A stretch of DNA of 64,000 nucleotides, taken from positions 133,364,001 through 133,428,000 of the forward strand of contig NC_058368.1 in the NCBI RefSeq assembly GCF_018350175.1, read 5' to 3'. Origin of the DNA: Felis catus. Taxonomy: Eukaryota. This document shows, piece by piece, positions 1-12,510 of this stretch (position 1 is the first letter of the stretch; every line of letters starts with the position of its first letter). Both the position numbers and the translations under genes were made by a program. The notes under the pieces are model-generated. The model was not told the DNA's origin and made no database searches. It saw only the letters and a program-made list of their open reading frames with translations.

Positions 1-197
1 AAGACAAGCAGGTAGAAAGTACAGGCCATTTATCACAGGGTCTTGGAAGGCATGGAGCATTCCATTCCCTCTGTTGTATTCTAATGGTTAAAAGCAAATC
101 CCTAAAGGTCAACCTAGATTGGAGGATAGGGGACCTCTACCCCTCCTCTCAGTGAGAGAATTGTCAAGAACTAGAGGAAATGTTTTAAAGTTGCCAT
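1..197. mobile_element. MaLR (MLT1-type) LTR fragment
   Basis: Degenerate resemblance to MLT1 LTR end (...tattctaatggttaaagcaaatc...). Confidence 0.4.
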
Positions 198-399
198 GAG
201 GGAGATTGGATTTTAGTTAAGTTTGAACGTATATATAGAATTTGAATAGTTGTTGGATTTGTATGTGTAGAAAGGAGGCTAAATAAGATTCTATGTACAC
301 AGAAACCCAAGGGGACAAGAGTGTAGTAGAGGCTGAGTTATAAACAGTGAATAATCCATTTTGGCATGAGCATAAGGTTTGTGGAAGGAGGTTTGGAAG

Positions 400-710
400 G
401 TGAACCTGGAAGGAAACTCGGGCCTTGCATGCTAGGCTAAGAATTTTGGCCTTTATCTTATTGACATGCAAGAGAGTGTGGCATGATCAAAGTGCTATTT
501 CTGGAATATTAATCTGGCATGGGGATATGCACTAAGTTTGAAGGGCCATACTATAAGCTAGGAAATCACCTAGAGGGCTATTGCAGTAATCTCAGAGGTC
601 ATGAGGACCTGAGTCAGGGAAGCAGAATTTAACCTGGGAAAGAAGAGATGAATGGGAGAGTTATGGGAAGGAAAAATCAACAAGACTTGATAACCAAATG
701 GCTACGGAAC
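400..710 (-). mobile_element. LINE-2 fragment
   Basis: Purine-rich antisense L2-like motifs (ggctattgcagtaatc, aatcaacaagacttgataacc). Confidence 0.55.
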
Positions 711-863
711 GGTCTTGACAGCTGGAGTGTTGTGTGATTCTTATAGGGGAAATATAATGTATCTCGGGTCTCCTGTGTTGGTGTTGATCTGAAGAATTCT
801 TTAACACCTAGGAAGGTAACTCTTGCTCCTACATTGGGCACTTAATTGAATAAGTACAATTAA

Positions 864-1012
864 GGGATACCTGGGCAGCTCAGTCAGTTAAGAGTCTGAC
901 TCTTGATCTTAGCTCAGGTCTTGATCTCAGGGTTGTAAGTTTGGGTTCTGTGCTGGGCGTGAAACTTACTTTAAAAGTAAATACATACATACACACATAC
1001 ATACATACATAA
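864..1012 (+). mobile_element. Old short Can-SINE with (TACA)n tail
   Basis: gggatacctgggcagctcagtcagttaag head, ctcttgatcttagctcaggtc. Confidence 0.8.
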
Positions 1013-1237
1013 AATTAATATTCACCCAAGCAATTTAATACGCAAGATTAAGTTTTGAAATTACAAGCTACAATATTTGGGAGAAAACATCAAGCCGAGG
1101 CTTTCAAAATTTCTCCCTTGTCTCTTTTCCCTCCCTGTCACCTGCTTAATAAATATCATACTGAATTCTTGTATTAGATACCACCATAACTGTGAATTCC
1201 TCATGTTTTTCTATATGAAGATCACTGAAAAATAAAA

Positions 1238-1238
<1 letters not shown>

Positions 1239-1281
<43 letters not shown>
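1239..1281. repeat. (CA)n microsatellite
   Basis: About 21 CA units. Confidence 0.97.
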
Positions 1282-1282
<1 letters not shown>

Positions 1283-1696
1283 ACAACACAACAGTAACAG
1301 AAAGCATAACAATCAACAATTGAACCTCATACCATCTGGCCTTTTACCCTATTTGAGAAGAGCTGTTGACTTCCCTTGTTGACAATCTATATTTCCATTA
1401 GTATGAATGAGCTGAGCTACTGAAATCACTCAATGTTTTTATTTATGGCCTATTCTACAGCTTTCAAATTAAGCTTATATTTGGTATTAGTAGATATTCA
1501 TTACCTGTCTAAAGTGCCATTTAAAAAACTGATTGCTTGGGGATTAGATGGCAAAGAAGGGAACATGTCACACTCAGATGCTTCGCCCTATTCATAAAAT
1601 GTTACAGTTAGACCTTCTCTATTTTGTATACTGCTGCTTCTACCAGTGGACCAGGCAAACTGTCTTTGGATCTTTCTGTTTTAAAACAGTTATTAA

Positions 1697-1902
1697 GGGG
1701 CACCTGGGGGGCTCAGTCAGTTAAGTGTCCAACTCGGCTCAGGTCATGATTTCGTGGTCAGTGAGTTCAAGCCCCGTGTTGGACTTTGTGCTGACAGCTC
1801 AGAGCCTAGAGCCTGCTTCAGATTCTGTCTCCTTCTCTCTCTGCCCCTCCCCAACTCGTTCTCTTCCTCTCTCTCTTAAAAAATGAATAAACATTAAAAA
1901 AT
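1697..1902 (+). mobile_element. Can-SINE
   Basis: tRNA-like head, CT tract, A tail; TSD aaaacagtt(a/g)tta. Confidence 0.92.
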
Positions 1903-2600
1903 TTTAAAACAGTTGTTATCTTGTTTCTTGAGTAAAGCTTTTGCTTTCTGTAAAATAACATGCATGCTGACAGAAAGACATAAATAATGAACCACTAAAG
2001 CAACATTCTAGCTAGCTAACACAGTTTAAGAGACTTATTTATGCTGGATTTTTTTATTAAAAAAACAGGCAATAAATGGAAAGGGGGAAGAAGCAACCCA
2101 TTAGACATGTAAAACTAAGAAATAAACGAGTTGTTCCCCACAAAGAACATCCTGTGTACGGATGCCTGTGAGGCTCAGAAATCACTCAGTACTGGAAGCT
2201 ATAAACCAAGTCTTCTCTGAGGTGCTTTTCTTCTCCCCAAAGAAGTCATAACAGGTATATATACAGATCTATAATGCCTTTCTGTTGGGGAAATGAAAGT
2301 ACTTCCAAAACAATCTCATAACGTTGTGATGGAGGAAATGATGGCAGGTTTTATATTACCCCCATCACACAGGTGATGGAGGCTCTGATAAATGGCATCA
2401 GTGACAAAGTTACAAATAGATGCTAGGTCTTCTGATGTACAGCCAGGACTTCAGAAGTTAAATGAAAAATGTGTTCTTATTTTGTTCAGCCCTTCCTCAT
2501 CTTGGAGAGAGAAACTATCTCATTGGTTTTAAACCCTGCTCATTTCTACACAGATATGTATCCCCCCCACCCCAAGAGATAGGCCTCCTGACTCAAATTT

Positions 2601-2814
2601 AAAATTTTTTTTAACGTTTATTTATTTTTGAGACAGAGAGAGACAGAGCGTGAACGGGGGAGGGGCAGAGAGAGAGGGAGACACAGAATCGGAAACAGGC
2701 TCCAGGCTCTGAGCCATCAGCCCAGAGCCCGACGCGGGGCTCGAACTCACAGACCGCGAGATCGTGACCTGGCTGAAGTCGGACGCTTAACCGACCAAGC
2801 CACCCAGGCGCCCC
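2601..2814 (-). mobile_element. Young felid Can-SINE (SINEC_Fc type)
   Basis: CpG-rich full-length copy; TSD tcctgactca(a/g)attt (2586-2600, 2815-2829). Confidence 0.95.
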
Positions 2815-2972
2815 TCCTGACTCAGATTTTAAACTTGAATCTTAGATTGCAAAATGATATCACAATCAATAAATGCTAAGATAAAAAAATTAACAAATAC
2901 TTGGAGGGTTCCCTCCACTTGTGTAACAACAGCTTTATGATCATGAGCTCATCTACCAAATCTTTGGATAGT

Positions 2973-3129
2973 ACAGTTGTTCACTCCTGCTTGGAAGTCA
3001 TATACCCCTTTGGAAATCTGGTAAAAGCTGTAGGTGACCTTCCCCAGAGAAATGCACATTCATAATTACAAGAACTCTCGAAGCCAGTACTACCTTTGAA
3101 AGGTCCATGGATGCCCTGGTTAGGAACCA
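2973..3129. mobile_element. Non-autonomous hAT/Charlie-type DNA transposon fossil
   Basis: cccctttggaaatctggtaaaagct...ccccagagaaatgcac motif; related copy at ~15824. Confidence 0.45.
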
Positions 3130-3130
3130 A

Positions 3131-3347
3131 ATATAGTAGAAAGAGCATAACTTGACCAAGACCTCGAATTAAATCCTAGCACCACCTTACTGTGTGACTT
3201 TGAGAAATACTATTTAATTTCTCGGTACTAATTTCTTTGTCTGTAAAAATGGGAATTGTACCCTCAAATTGGGCTTATTGAAGAGATTTTAAAAATAATG
3301 CATATAAAGCATTTGGTACTGTGTCTGGCATATATCGTGTGCTCAGT
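3131..3347 (+). mobile_element. MIR
   Basis: tgtgtgactttgagaa...ctgtaaaaatggga core; gtgtctggcatat...gtgctcagt end. Confidence 0.8.
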
Positions 3348-3569
3348 GCGCAATTCTTTTCCTTTATGAGATAACTAGCAGGGAGATGACTGATGTTTGG
3401 AGCAGCCATCCTGAAACTGATAGTCATGCCCACTTCTACTTGATGGCTGCAAACAGCACGCAGGGGACAGATTAGTACAATTAATCAAGAGCTTGAGAGT
3501 TTTAAAGTCTGAATCATTGTCGTTTACTCTGTTAGCCAAATCAGTTGATACTCTTCTCACATTATGATG

Positions 3570-3985
3570 GTTCCTCGGGGTGTGAATTTCATCTTCCCAA
3601 GAAAGAATGCACAGCCCCCACCTTTCTGTTTCTTTTGCCCTCAGGGTACAGTCATGTGACTTAGGCTCTGCTAATCAAATGTGCAGACCGAGATGTAGAT
3701 GCAGAAGTGATTTATGGGAGGAAGCAAGTTGGGGGCAGGGCATCCATTTTGCTGGTGCAGATGGTGGGAGAGGCAGTGTGGTTCTGAAATCATCAGGAGT
3801 GGCAATCCCCTTTCCAGCTGGTTCTGTGTTGAGGTTCTGTGGGCTGATCCTACACACTCCAGAGCCTGTTTCTTCAGTGCTTCCAAAGACTCTTTGAGCA
3901 TTCTGTCTTTTGAATAAGTCACTTCCTACCTTAACCAGATAGAATGGATTCTCTGGATGGCTTCTAAGAACACTGGTTTTCATAT
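3570..3985 (+). mobile_element. MaLR (MLT1-type) solo LTR
   Basis: gtcatgtgacttaggctctgctaatcaaatgtg motif; 3' aataag...cttaaccag segment. Confidence 0.6.
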
Positions 3986-5041
3986 ACTGCCATGTCCCAC
4001 CATTTCATTTTATCTTCCTCCCTGCCCGAAGAATTCTTTTGCACAAAGTTTGCAACATGGCTAAGTGCTATAAAAGATCCTAATATTCTTACATAGGAAT
4101 GGGGTTGCCATATGAAAGGAGTTTTCTATAAACAAGGCCACAGACTCTTTCCCACCATGACTAGTGCCCTGAGTCGTATTCTTGGGTTCTTGTAGCTTAC
4201 ATTCACCTTTCCTGCCTTGCCAACAGGCTGGACCAGTGAGAAATCTTAGGCGCTTCTCAAATGTTCCATCACCTGATTCACATTACATGCAGGTCGTTCT
4301 TATTAGTTTGGCTGTTTTAGGAAGGCAGATAGTTGGGAAGAAACTTCAGTGAGCATGACCGTGATAGCGGTTTGAGCTGACGATTTTTAAGCAATTATTA
4401 TTTTATTAAAATGAGGGACTCTTTAGGAATGAAGCCACCTTATTACATAAATAGATTTTTTCCTTTCCTCCTAAAATGTTTTGGCTTCTAGTCTTAGACT
4501 GAGCAAACTGTAAACACAGAATTTTAGCACAAGTGCTTTAAAGTCACGTGATAGCAATAGTCCCATGCACTTACTCATTAAGTATTTATCATGAACCCTT
4601 CTATGGCAGACATGGTGCAGGCTGTTGGCACAAGTAAGGTGCTAGATAAATAACATTCTTTAACCCTCAAGACCCTCATAACCTAGTAGGAAGACAGACA
4701 ATTCTGACATAGTATGATGTTAGGATCTATTTCTGCCATAACTGGAAATATTTTTTTTTCTGCCAGGTCACTCTTTTTCTCAAGTATTAACCTCCATTAA
4801 GAGAGACCCCTACGTATACCTGCAACATTAATGGTTTCCTAAAATCTAACGGAAGGGGTACCCTTATTGAGGTCAGGAATACGTGTTTAAGTTTAGTATT
4901 ACTCATCGCTTTCAATGGCATACAGATGCCTTCTTCCCACCTGGACTGGGTGACCAGAGCATTCAGATCAGCACACCTGTATTTTTTAGAGTTCCCTGGT
5001 AGCAAGGAGTAGCTAATTTTAGCTAATTCATTAAGAAGAAA

Positions 5042-5259
5042 GTTTTTTTTTAAGTTTTTTTATTTGAGAGACAGAGAGAGACAGAGAGAGAGAACAAGCA
5101 GGGGGAAGGGCAGAGAGTGAGGAGAGAGAACATCCCAAGTACTCTCTGCCCTCTCAACACAGAGCCCAATGTGGGGCTTGAACTCATGAACTGTGAGATC
5201 ATGACCTGAGCCAAAATCAAGACTCCAACGCTTAACTGACTGAGCTGCCCAGGTGTCCC
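5042..5259 (-). mobile_element. Can-SINE
   Basis: Antisense tail, GA tract and head. Confidence 0.92.
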
Positions 5260-5811
5260 TCAGAAAGAAAGAAGTTTTATGGGTAGTTCAGAGAATCAAA
5301 GGAAAGGCCAGAGAATAAAACTTGACAAAGTACTGGAACCCCAGCAGCTCTGGACCTAGTTAATGGGAGATAATTGAGAGCTTTGTCCAGACACCACTGT
5401 CCTTAAGTTATTCTTCTCAAGATTCAAAGTTCAAGGATATCCAACTCCAGGATTAAGGCCATCAAGGCTGCTCAAAAGGAAATAGGTGATTCTTAAAAAT
5501 AAATTGGGATGCTCTTACCAAAAGGAGGCAGGAGGGGTATAGGGCAGCCAGATACCAAATATGTCTACCATTATGTTTATGTTCCAAGTATATGGTTCCC
5601 ATGTCACCATCCATGGATGTTTTCCTGGGCATAGCATTGGTGTTGTTACTTACAGTTGTTGCCCTTTACCTCAACTACACCACACTAGTCCATTTGTTGA
5701 GGTCAAGATAGGAAAAAAACATTTCCCTTGAGTAGGGAGAAAGGGGTTCGGTGATTGAGGGCTGGAATTGTTCTCTATTTTGGCTGCGATTAGATTCTCC
5801 TAGGGACTCTT

Positions 5812-7030
5812 GCTTTTTAACACTTTATTTTGTTTAATCTAATTTTAGATTTAAAGAAAAGTTGTAAAAATAGTACAAAGACTTCCCTAATGTCTCTTAC
5901 CCTGCCTACCCTAAAGATAACAGCTTATATAACCGTAGTAGAATTATCAAGAAGAGGCATTAACATTGGTGCAATATTATTAACTAAACTACAGACATGA
6001 TTCACATTTTGCCACTTTTTCCACGAATGTTCTTTTTTTTGTTCCAGGATTTTTTCCGGGATCCCACACTGTATTCAGTTGTTACTTCGTTTCTGTAACA
6101 GTTGCTCACACTTTATGTTTCATTACCTTATTTCTGTTGAAGAGTACTGATCAGTAATTCTGTACAGTGTACAGAATTGGGGCTTGCCATATTTTCTTAT
6201 GATTTGCATTTTGCATTTTTGTTAAGAGTACCGCAAAAATGATGTGTATTATAGCAAGGGGTTCAGAATGTTGATATGTCTTACTATAAATGATATTTAA
6301 TGAGTAGGTTGAGGGATGCCTGGGTGGCTCAGTCGGTTAAGCGCCTGACTTCGGCTCAGGTCATGATCTCGCGGTCCGTGAGTTCGAGCCCCGTGTCGGG
6401 CTCTGTGCTGACAGCTCAGAGCCTGGAGCCTGTTTCAGATTCTGTGTCTCCCTCTCTCTCTGACCCTCCCCCAGTCATGATCTGTCTCTCTTTGTCTCAA
6501 AAATAAATAAACGTTAAAAAAAAATGAGTAGGTTGATGTCTGAGGGGTTTCTCCACAGCACAGTTACTATCTTTAACTTTGTATTGGTAAGTATTCCGGG
6601 TGGGGGCAGTAGTTGGAGTCTATGCAAATCCTTTTTCTCCTCAAACTTCAGCTTGCTCATTTGAGCACACACATTTGAGTCTTACTTGCAACAGTTATTC
6701 CTTTGGTGTTTGTGTATTGGTGATCCTCTATTTCCCTCTTTGACAGTTGTTAATTGGTGCTCTATTGTGAGGTAGTACTTTTCTCTGTTCCTTCATTTAA
6801 TTTTTTTTATTTCATTATTTGTATGAGTTTGGACCCATGGATATTTATTTTATTCTATGGTTTATGATCCAAAACGATCATGATTTATTTTGTTGCTCAG
6901 CTTGATCTAGGTTTTGGCTACCGGGAGCACCTGTGTTCTTCTGACAAGGTCCTATGTTTTTTTTCATTTTTTTTTTTGAGCATTTTTTAAATTTGTGGGA
7001 CCATGAGTTGGTTCATCTTGTATTTCCCTG
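5812..7030 (-). mobile_element. Ancient L1M 3' end fragment, interrupted by a SINE
   Basis: ttttagatttaaagaaaagttgtaaaaatagtac...attaacattggtgcaatattattaactaaactacagac, typical of antisense L1MC/L1MD 3'UTRs. Confidence 0.7.
6313..6522 (+). mobile_element. Can-SINE nested in L1M
   Basis: Perfect 14-bp TSD aatgagtaggttga (6299-6312, 6523-6536). Confidence 0.96.
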
Positions 7031-7044
7031 TCTTGCACTTCCCA

Positions 7045-7585
7045 CCTCGGGAACTTGTTAAATCTTAGTGTCCAAGCCCCAACCCAAACTACTTCAATCA
7101 GAAAATCTTGGGGGCACTCTGGGTGGCTCAGTCGGTTAAGCGGCCGACTTTGGCTCAGGTCATGATCTCGCGGTCCGTGAGTTCGAGCCCCGCGTGGGGC
7201 TCTGTGCTGACAGCTCAGAACCTGGAGCCTGTTTCAGATTCTGTGTCTGCCTCTCTCTGACCCTTCTCCATTCATGCTCTGTCTCTCTCTGTCTCAAAAA
7301 TAAATAAATGTTAAAAAAAATTAAAAAAAAAACATTAAAAAAAAAGAAAATCTTGGGGATGGGACACAGTATACTTTAAAGTTCTATAGGTCATTCCAAT
7401 ACACAGCCAGGTTTGAGAACCAAACGGGAACAGTATTTTTGTAGCTTTAATGTGGCTACAAATTCCCCATGAATCTGTTAAGATTCTGATACAGTAGGCC
7501 TGAGGTGGGGCCTCAGATTCTGCATCTGTAATAACCTCCTAGGTCGTCTTATTGGCAAACCACACTTTGAGGGGAGAAGGACTAG
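7045..7585. mobile_element. Two adjacent MER5-type hAT MITEs, the first split by a SINE
   Basis: gggaacttgttaaa...aatcagaa...cagccaggtttgagaacca; gattctgatacagtaggcctgaggtggggcctcagattctgcat...accacactttgag. Confidence 0.7.
7111..7344 (+). mobile_element. Can-SINE nested in MER5
   Basis: TSD agaaaatcttg; long compound A tail. Confidence 0.95.
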
Positions 7586-8319
7586 AACATATTATTTCCT
7601 CAAGTACAACAAGCCTTCAAAGTTAACCCTAAGGTTGCAAACTGGCTCATGGCTGTGGAAGGAGTTGCTACTTCCTAGGTTAATATTCAGCATCATTTTT
7701 ATTTTCTAATTAGTTGGGGTTGGTGGTGGAAGGAACTACGTGCCATGCAATGTAGACAGAGTCAAGGAAATTGCTGTAAGAATTGAAAATGGAAAACAGA
7801 ACCATTTGACTCTGACAGCAAACCACTATAATGAATAAAAATGAGTAAATGTGTTTGTGTGTTTTCTGTTTCCTAAACAGGCAAAGAGTACTGAATAAAT
7901 CTTTTTGAAAAATGAAGAGTGATAATAAAAGAACATTTCCTGCTGAAAGCATAACAAAAAAATCCCAGATGTGAGTATCCATCTTGTCCATCTTGGAAAG
8001 ACAGATGCAAAAGATTGGAGTCTTCTGTGGGAAATAGGTCACCATTTTGAATTCTGTTTAAACAGAATCCTCAAGGGAACATCATCCTCCGTTCTTTTTG
8101 TATATTAGCTCAGGTTTTCCAGCTGTTTCTGGAACATGCATATTCCTGCCCAGCTGCTGAACTGTCTTGGTCTCTCCCAAGGTAGTTGTATTCTAAGAGA
8201 AGGGGAACAAAGTGGTCCAAAGAGACGCACGCTGCCATCAGTCAGGCTTGTTCTAGTCACCTTCTACAGAACCATGCATGTTTGCAGCATAAAATGGCCC
8301 TTTGATCTTCAAGTTAGGA

Positions 8320-8495
8320 ACATCTTCAGTAATCCTTAAGTTTTAGTGTACTTGATACTTTCTTGGAATGGAGCTGAAAAAATGCTGATTCCCCAGATCT
8401 TGGGTGGGGCCAGGGAACCAGCATCCTTTGTTCCCTTGCTTGCCTCCTGGTGATGTGATGCAAATGTTCTACATTCAATGCAGTGAGAAACCTTG
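8320..8495. mobile_element. MER5-type fragment
   Basis: aaaatgctgattcccc...gggtggggccaggaaccagcat...tgagaaacc. Confidence 0.5.
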
Positions 8496-8958
8496 GTCTA
8501 AGAGATCAGATCAGCAGCATCCTCCCCTTGTGGTCCATTGTAGGCTTATTTTAACTTGCTAACATAGCTTAGTTTCCCATTCTTCTCAACCTCTAGGGCA
8601 GAAACTCCAACAGCTGCAATTTGAGTCATTACTCTTCTGCACTTACACTTCACAGCCATCATTTAAACATTTTCCAACTTATCTTCTGGAACCTTGTACT
8701 GTAGCCCTTCCTTTTCTAGAGCCTCAAACACAAATAACAGCCTTAGAAACTGTGGAGCTTTTCCTCCCAGCTGAGTGGTCAGAAACAGCCATGGTCTGTA
8801 TTATGCTACACCTTCTGGTATAAATTAGAACCCCCCAGCCTAGGCCACTTCAGTACCACCTTTTCACTGGTGTTTATTTTGTCTTGAAATTGCATTTCTT
8901 TGGTCAAGGATCAGGCACATCCATCATTAATAGTGATAATTTAAAAACCTACCAAAAG

Positions 8959-8988
8959 GTGCTCACTTCGGCAGCACATATACTAAAA
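8959..8988 (+). pseudogene. RNU6: 3'-truncated (tailless) U6 snRNA retropseudogene
   Basis: GTGCTCACTTCGGCAGCACATATACTAAAA = U6 nt 1-30 with one G>A change. Flanked by direct repeat AAAAACCTACCAAAAG (8943-8958, 8985-9000). Confidence 0.93.
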
Positions 8989-10179
8989 ACCTACCAAAAG
9001 TATAATACCATCATCTTCAAAATAGAAAGATAATATGATATTTAGGAGTTTTTAGTGTCGTGAGCAGGAGCATATTTACTTGTCATTTTGCAAAAATGTT
9101 TAATTGAAGTTGGTGATGCTCTAATTTCACGTAGGTAAGACAAAGGAGAGTTGATTTCAATTTTATTAAATCCTAACCCTAATCCTTAGGAGGAAGGTCA
9201 AAACAATGGGACTGGACTATGGGTGTGATGACTTTTCCTCCAACATTCTCCATCTCAGAGAGACAGAGCTTGATATTCACATAGCCTCACCCACAGAGCA
9301 GACTGGCAGAGACAACAGAGACTCCCAGAGGCAACGCCTCCTGTTACCTCAGAAAACTGAGGCAAGTTTTAATCACTGAACACAATGGACACTTATTGAA
9401 GTGCCTGTCCTTGAACCAAGCACTTGGGATCATGTCCAGCACAATGTATGGACACTGATGACCTTGTCCTTTCTAATCTGTAGGCTGGTCTGGTTCTGTC
9501 CTAGGAAGCTACGCTATTGGCTCCCTAAGAGTTATGACTAAGTCATTTTTATTTTTCTGGCTCTTGCCTACAGTGACAGGACAGAAGCAAAAAAACATAC
9601 TTTTATACCTAACATTAGGAGCACTTATGAAATGTGCTTCTGGTGGGGTACTTTCTTTGCCACTGAGGATGATGATTATAATTTATCAGATAAGAAAGGT
9701 GAACCACAGGATTCTGGAAAATCAAAACTGATTTTGTTCCAGTGGTTTGGCCATACCTCAGCATTTGTCTCTAGGTCTAATTGTGATATTTCAGGGGAAT
9801 TAGCCTGACTTTCTGATCACCTTCCATTTTTAGAATCATCCTTTGAGTTTGCCCATTTCTTGTCTGGAAACTCTCAGCCTGAACCACAGTCATAGTTTCC
9901 TTGTGGGGCAGCTGTGGAGATGACTAGGTACACTGATTTCGACTGCATGTGACAGAATGGAGTGTGAAATACATTTAGCTGATCACAAGTAGCATTTTTA
10001 TTTTCAATAATATAACAAAATTCCAGACTTCATTGCTTATAGGAACTTAGTGTAGATATTATTTTGTGGAATTTTATGTGTATTTGTATTGATATGTGTC
10101 ACAAGTTACAAAACAGGTTATGCAGGGTTAAGGTTTAAAAAGTTAAATACTGATCTACCACTTGATTTTGATCTATAGA

Positions 10180-10415
10180 GGCTAAAAGCACAAACGGTGG
10201 GGTCAAACTGCTCAAGTTTGAATCCTGGCTCCATCACTGGCAAGCTGTGTGATTTTGGGCAAATTACTTAACTTTTCTGGGCTATAGTTTCCATACATTT
10301 CACACATGTATTATGAGAATAATAATAGTGGCTACCTCATAGGGTTGATGTGAGGATTAAGAAAATTAACATTTGTAAAGTGCTTGAAACACATTGTAAG
10401 TGCTTTATAAATGTT
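10180..10415 (+). mobile_element. MIR
   Basis: tttgaatcctggctccatcact...gctgtgtgattttgggcaaattacttaac...tacctcatagggttgatgtgaggattaa. Confidence 0.88.
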
Positions 10416-10579
10416 TGCGGGGGAAAAACAATCTGTTCTCCACATATCCTTTCATATTCTTTTACATATTGAATCAAGACAACAACATTCCTGCTCTATG
10501 GATTTTTGTAATGTAGTATATAAATATGTACTTGAAAAAAGTGGTCTGTTCTGAATTGCATTTTACTGGAATGTGTAAG

Positions 10580-10790
10580 AGTTCCTCAGAAGCAGACCGC
10601 TGGGTTCAAACCCCAGTTCTGTCACTCACTTGCTGTGGGACATTTGGCAAGTTATTTGACCTTGCAGATCCTCAATTTCTTTATCGATAAAGTAGGGCCA
10701 ATACAGTCTATCATCTTAGGTTGCTGCCAAGGTTAAATGAGACCATCCACAGACAGTGTTTAGGGTTCAAGCAATAATAGCTATCATCAT
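10580..10790 (+). mobile_element. MIR
   Basis: ctgggttcaaaccccagttctgtcactcacttgctgtg...ggcaagttatttgacc. Confidence 0.85.
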
Positions 10791-11499
10791 TTCTCCTATT
10801 AGGAATTCAGATCATGTCACTGCCTCTTCTTTCCCGATGCACTGAGAGGCACCCCCTCCTTCTCTTTCATGTGAATGGTTTGCTTAAGTCCTCATTTCAC
10901 TTTGGCTGTGGTGAATCAACCACATACGGGCTCGGATAAAGACCAATACTCCCGAGTAGAAAAGCAATTGGGAGGCCCAGGGCTGGATTCTGACCACCCC
11001 ACTGTGCTCTCTCTTCAGCCTTGCCGTCACAACTTAGCCAAGTCACTAGAATTGCCCTTTTGCCTCAGCAGGTACTCACATCCCCGCAGATAATCCTCAA
11101 GTGTCACAATGCAAGCCTGACAGCCAGAGTCCCGCTTTGCAGTATGGCTGTCCATGGCAATAGGGTTATGCTATATTTCTTTCCCCTTCATCTTGGGAGG
11201 AAACTGATCAGGACAAAGCTTGCTGTCCAATATAATGAAGTGCTTTGTGTGATGTATCACTTGTAAATACCGTGATAGCATAAAAGGGCTCATTAGCTGA
11301 AGGGGCTATCAACTGGAGTCCTTCAGTTCTTAAGGCTATTGGGCAAAACTGTTCTGATAAAGAGAAATCGGAGATTCTTGAGGATTTTTTCACTGTTTTC
11401 CTGTAACTCCTCTCTCCTGCCATGGCACATTGTTCTCATAGCATGACTATAGCTTTACAAAATTAATAATGGAGGTATATTATGCTGCATCAATCTCTT

Positions 11500-11715
11500 T
11501 TTTTTTTAAATTTTTTTAATGTTTTATTTATTTTTGACAGAGACAGAGCATGAGTGGGGGCGGGGCAGAGAGAGAGGGAGACACAGAATCCAAAGCAGGC
11601 TCCAGGCTCCGAGCTGTCAGCACAGAGCCCGATGCGGGGCTCGAACTCACAGACTGCGAGATCATGACCTGAGCCGAAGTCGGACGCTCAACCGACTGAG
11701 CCACCCAGGTGCCCT
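11500..11715 (-). mobile_element. Can-SINE inserted in an L2 3' end
   Basis: TSD gcatcaatctctt; downstream taagctcctgaagggcagggacc...cacctggcac is L2 3' tail-like. Confidence 0.95.
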
Positions 11716-12289
11716 GCAGCATCAATCTCTTGCTTGACCATAAGCTCCTGAAGGGCAGGGGACCTGTCTTACTCACCTTTGTACCCCCTGCAAGCACCTG
11801 GCACACATCCCAATCACTGTCTGTGGAATTTAATCAGGTTGAATTTATAGCTCAGGTTGCAGTGCCAGAGCTCAGAATAGGGCTGGAGCTGAAGGCACGT
11901 TGAGGAGTCATTTATCTACCACTGCTGCACCAAATGCTGGCTTCCAAGAAATTTAAGTCACCCAATCACCCTGCAGGATGCATTCTCCAGGTCCAGGGAG
12001 GGCCTGAAGGCAATTCTTGTGCCTTTGGTGCAAGTTCTTTCTTCTAGCTCTTAGAGGTAAGGAAAGCGAAGCACTTGTTTTTGCATCCTGCTGGTTTAGA
12101 ATCCAGGGCTAGCAGACAGTCAACTGGAAATTGTAAACTCTTCATGCTGTTTAGCGGATGTGGAGAGGCAGGCAACGGTTAGCGCCACAGAGCCCTTTCT
12201 AATTCAACTTTGTGTAGGATTGGGCACAGTACTAGGCACATTCTCGTTCCCAATTAAATACAGGGGCATGACTTAAACTTCAAGTTAAT

Positions 12290-12510
12290 AGACAAAAATA
12301 AATAGTTTTTGTAAAACTAACCATGTGTCCAAGCCAGGCACTCTGGTGAAGCTTATATACATACACATAAATATTTGCTCTAATTCTGCCTATAGCCTGA
12401 CTAGACAGGTATTAATGTAATGTCTCTATTTCCAGCTGAGGAAACTGAGGCCAAACGAGTTTAAACGGAGACACCGGGATTGGAAATCAGGTCTGTTTAG
12501 ATCCATCCAC
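12290..12510 (-). mobile_element. MIR
   Basis: tgaggaaactgaggcc core; atgtgtccaagccaggcact. Confidence 0.7.

Noticed and set aside
8959..8988. Functional U6 snRNA gene
   Set aside because: Only the first 30 nt are present. It lacks the ACAGAGA box and 3' domain and is TSD-flanked.
11145..11165. RE1- or RFX-like GGCTGTCCATGGCAAT
   Set aside because: Matches only a half-site of either motif, which is too weak.
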